Below, in pieces: positions 59,897 to 64,000 of a stretch of DNA of 64,000 nucleotides. Origin of the DNA: Escherichia coli (GTDB lineage Bacteria; Pseudomonadota; Gammaproteobacteria; Enterobacterales; Enterobacteriaceae). Position 1 is the stretch's first letter. Every line of letters starts with the position of its first letter. A program made the translations under genes and the position numbers. The notes beneath the pieces were generated by a model. That model searched no databases, was not told the DNA's origin, and was given only the letters and a program-made list of their open reading frames with translations. Where the stretch lies: the NCBI RefSeq assembly GCF_048403405.1, contig NZ_CP183129.1; one strand, written 5' to 3'.

Positions 59897-62086
59897 ATGC
59901 TTTACAAAGGCGACACCCTGTACCTTGACTGGCTGGAAGATGGCATTGCCGAACTGGTATTTGATGCCCCAGGTTCAGTTAATAAACTCGACACTGCGAC
60001 CGTCGCCAGCCTCGGCGAGGCCATCGGCGTGCTGGAACAGCAATCAGATCTAAAAGGGCTGCTGCTACGTTCGAACAAATCAGCCTTTATCGTCGGTGCT
60101 GATATCACCGAATTTTTGTCCCTGTTCCTCGTTCCTGAAGAACAGTTAAGTCAGTGGCTGCACTTTGCCAATAGCGTGTTTAATCGCCTGGAAGATCTCC
60201 CGGTGCCGACCATTGCTGCCGTCAACGGCTATGCGCTGGGCGGTGGCTGCGAATGCGTGCTGGCGACCGATTATCGTCTGGCGACGCCGGATCTGCGCAT
60301 CGGTCTGCCGGAAACCAAACTGGGCATCATGCCGGGCTTTGGCGGTTCTGTACGTATGCCACGTATGCTGGGCGCTGACAGTGCGCTGGAAATCATTGCC
60401 GCCGGTAAAGATGTCGGCGCGGATCAGGCGCTGAAAATCGGTCTGGTGGATGGTGTAGTCAAAGCAGAAAAACTGGTTGAAGGGGCGATGGCGATTTTAC
60501 GCCAGGCCATTAACGGCGACCTCGACTGGAAAGCGAAACGTCAGCCGAAGCTGGAACCGCTAAAACTGAGCAAGATTGAAGCCACCATGAGCTTCACCAT
60601 CGCTAAAGGGATGGTCGCACAAACGGCGGGGAAACATTATCCGGCCCCCATCACCGCAGTAAAAACCATTGAAGCGGCGGCCCGTTTTGGTCGTGAAGAA
60701 GCATTAAATCTGGAAAACAAAAGCTTTGTCCCGCTGGCGCACACCAACGAAGCCCGCGCACTGGTCGGCATTTTCCTTAACGATCAATATGTAAAAGGCA
60801 AAGCGAAGAAACTCACCAAAGACGTTGAAACACCGAAACAGGCCGCTGTACTGGGCGCAGGCATCATGGGTGGCGGCATTGCTTACCAGTCTGCGTGGAA
60901 AGGTGTGCCGGTTATCATGAAAGATATCAACGACAAGTCGTTAACCCTCGGCATGACTGAAGCCGCGAAACTGCTGAACAAGCAGCTTGAGCGCGGCAAG
61001 ATCGATGGTCTGAAACTGGCTGGCGTGATCTCCACAATCCACCCAACGCTCGACTACGCCGGATTTGACCGCGTGGATGTTGTGGTAGAAGCGGTTGTCG
61101 AAAACCCGAAAGTGAAAAAAGCCGTGCTGGCAGAAACCGAGCAAAAAGTACGCCCGGATACCGTGCTGGCGTCTAACACTTCAACCATTCCTATCAGCGA
61201 GCTGGCCAACGCGCTGGAACGTCCGGAAAACTTCTGCGGAATGCACTTTTTTAACCCGGTACACCGGATGCCGTTGGTAGAAATTATTCGCGGCGAGAAA
61301 AGCTCCGACGAAACCATCGCGAAAGTCGTCGCCTGGGCGAGCAAGATGGGCAAAACGCCGATTGTGGTTAACGACTGCCCCGGATTCTTCGTTAACCGCG
61401 TGCTGTTCCCCTACTTCGCGGGTTTCAGCCAGCTGCTGCGCGACGGCGCGGATTTCCGCAAGATCGACAAAGTGATGGAAAAACAGTTTGGCTGGCCTAT
61501 GGGTCCGGCATATCTGCTGGACGTTGTGGGCATTGACACCGCGCATCATGCCCAGGCTGTCATGGCAGCAGGCTTCCCGCAGCGGATGCAGAAAGATTAC
61601 CGCGATGCCATCGACGCGCTGTTTGATGCCAACCGCTTTGGTCAGAAGAACGGCCTCGGTTTCTGGCGTTATAAAGAAGACAGCAAAGGTAAGCCGAAGA
61701 AAGAAGAAGACGCCGCTGTTGACGACCTGCTGGCAGAAGTGAGCCAGCCGAAGCGCGATTTCAGCGAAGAAGAGATTATCGCACGCATGATGATCCCGAT
61801 GGTCAACGAAGTGGTGCGCTGTCTGGAAGAAGGCATTATCGCCACTCCGGCAGAAGCGGATATGGCGCTGGTCTACGGCCTGGGCTTCCCTCCGTTCCAC
61901 GGTGGCGCGTTCCGCTGGCTGGACACCCTCGGTAGCGCAAAATACCTCGATATGGCACAGCAATATCAGCACCTCGGCCCGCTGTATGAAGTGCCGGAAG
62001 GTCTGCGTAATAAAGCGCGTCATAACGAACCGTACTATCCCCCGGTTGAGCCAGCCCGTCCGGTTGGCGACCTGAAAACGGCTTAA
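59897..62086 (+). CDS. fadB: Fatty acid oxidation complex alpha subunit (enoyl-CoA hydratase / 3-hydroxyacyl-CoA dehydrogenase)
   Basis: Start at [12 protein letters not shown] within ORF 59771-62086; 729 aa. Confidence 0.95.
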   Translation: MLYKGDTLYLDWLEDGIAELVFDAPGSVNKLDTATVASLGEAIGVLEQQSDLKGLLLRSNKSAFIVGADITEFLSLFLVPEEQLSQWLHFANSVFNRLEDLPVPTIAAVNGYALGGGCECVLATDYRLATPDLRIGLPETKLGIMPGFGGSVRMPRMLGADSALEIIAAGKDVGADQALKIGLVDGVVKAEKLVEGAMAILRQAINGDLDWKAKRQPKLEPLKLSKIEATMSFTIAKGMVAQTAGKHYPAPITAVKTIEAAARFGREEALNLENKSFVPLAHTNEARALVGIFLNDQYVKGKAKKLTKDVETPKQAAVLGAGIMGGGIAYQSAWKGVPVIMKDINDKSLTLGMTEAAKLLNKQLERGKIDGLKLAGVISTIHPTLDYAGFDRVDVVVEAVVENPKVKKAVLAETEQKVRPDTVLASNTSTIPISELANALERPENFCGMHFFNPVHRMPLVEIIRGEKSSDETIAKVVAWASKMGKTPIVVNDCPGFFVNRVLFPYFAGFSQLLRDGADFRKIDKVMEKQFGWPMGPAYLLDVVGIDTAHHAQAVMAAGFPQRMQKDYRDAIDALFDANRFGQKNGLGFWRYKEDSKGKPKKEEDAAVDDLLAEVSQPKRDFSEEEIIARMMIPMVNEVVRCLEEGIIATPAEADMALVYGLGFPPFHGGAFRWLDTLGSAKYLDMAQQYQHLGPLYEVPEGLRNKARHNEPYYPPVEPARPVGDLKTA

Positions 62087-63259
<1,173 letters not shown>

Positions 63260-63264
63260 TCACT

Positions 63265-63365
63265 TGCCGAATGCGGCGTGAACGCCTTATCCGGTCTACC
63301 GATCCGGCACCAATGTAGGCCTGATAAGACGCGCCAGCGTCGCATCAGGCATCGTGCACCAATTG
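63265..63365. repeat. REP element cluster downstream of fadA
   Basis: gccgaatgcggcgtgaacgccttatccggtctac and cctgataagacgcgccagcgtcgcatcaggc units. Confidence 0.7.
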
Positions 63366-63449
63366 CCGGATGCGACATAGATCTAAATGCCACTGAATAA
63401 AGTTTTAGTTGCCGCTCTTCCCGCCTGTCAGGGGCGGGTTTTTTATATC

Positions 63450-64000
63450 TCAGATAAATGCAAACGCATCGCCAAACAGGCGATCTTCCCGTGCATTACG
63501 CTCACTGCAAAACAGGTCACGGGCAATTTTCGCCATCTCAAAACGTCCGGCAATATAGATATCATGCTCTGCCAGCGTACCGTGATCCTGCAATACCGCC
63601 GTTAACACGGTGCCAGTACGCCCACGCCAGCCCGCTTCCGGTTGTTCAACCACCGGCACCACTTGCAGACCAGGATGCTTAAGCGAAAGCGCCTCAAGCT
63701 CGGAGAGATCATAAAGATGCTGCTCTTCACGCCCGCCCCAGTAAATGGTGATATCACGGTTTGGGTTACGCGCCAGCGCCGTCAGCAAAATCGAGCGCGC
63801 ATAAGAGAACCCGGTGCCGCCCGCGATGAGAATCATTGGACGTTCTTCATCATCGCGCAGCCATGCCTCACCGTGCGGAATATCGACCACGATTTGATGA
63901 TCTTTAAGAATGCGGTCCATGACTGCTTTCGCGTAAAGGTTGATTTCAGAAGCGCCAATATGCAGCTCGATGAAACCTTTTTCATCCGGCGTCGAAGCCA
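63450..64000 (-). CDS. fre: NAD(P)H-flavin reductase, C-terminal part (5' end beyond window)
   Basis: Minus-strand frame open from window end to stop at 63450; ...[40 protein letters not shown]... matches Fre. Confidence 0.85.
   Translation of the reverse strand, partial: ASTPDEKGFIELHIGASEINLYAKAVMDRILKDHQIVVDIPHGEAWLRDDEERPMILIAGGTGFSYARSILLTALARNPNRDITIYWGGREEQHLYDLSELEALSLKHPGLQVVPVVEQPEAGWRGRTGTVLTAVLQDHGTLAEHDIYIAGRFEMAKIARDLFCSERNAREDRLFGDAFAFI

Overview
This window is an Escherichia coli-type chromosomal segment collinear with the K-12 frv / fdo / yih / glnALG / polA / rrnA / fadBA region, read in reverse orientation relative to the K-12 map. Almost everything is recognisable core genome: frvX (partial), frvR, fdhD, the fdoGHI-fdhE formate dehydrogenase-O operon with its in-frame selenocysteine UGA, the yihO-yihW sulfoquinovose catabolic cluster, ompL, typA, glnA-glnL-glnG with the sigma-54 promoter and NtrC enhancer, yshB, hemN, the CsrC and Spot 42 sRNAs, polA, dsbA, srkA, mobAB, the complete rrnA operon (16S, tRNA-Ile, tRNA-Ala, 23S, 5S) with P1/P2 promoters, hemG, trkH, pepQ, fadBA and the 3' part of fre. 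The one clearly non-core element is an AT-rich stretch of about 2.8 kb (roughly 10040-12815) between yiiD and a single yiiE/yiiF-type regulator gene. It carries one long minus-strand ORF (about 604-617 aa) whose C-terminal region contains the motif CKSAKDRT, the Cys-X5-Arg active-site signature of inositol-polyphosphate 4-phosphatases and of the type III effectors SopB/SigD (Salmonella) and IpgD (Shigella). No chaperone, secretion system or mobility gene is present in the window, so it looks like an orphan, horizontally acquired effector-like phosphoinositide phosphatase; this is the main candidate for something undescribed. Two smaller differences from what I recall of K-12 are a shortened yiiG and the absence of a second yiiE/yiiF paralog. 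All identifications rest on reading the supplied translations and sequence against memory; no database search was run, and coordinates of RNA genes and regulatory sites may be off by a few bases.
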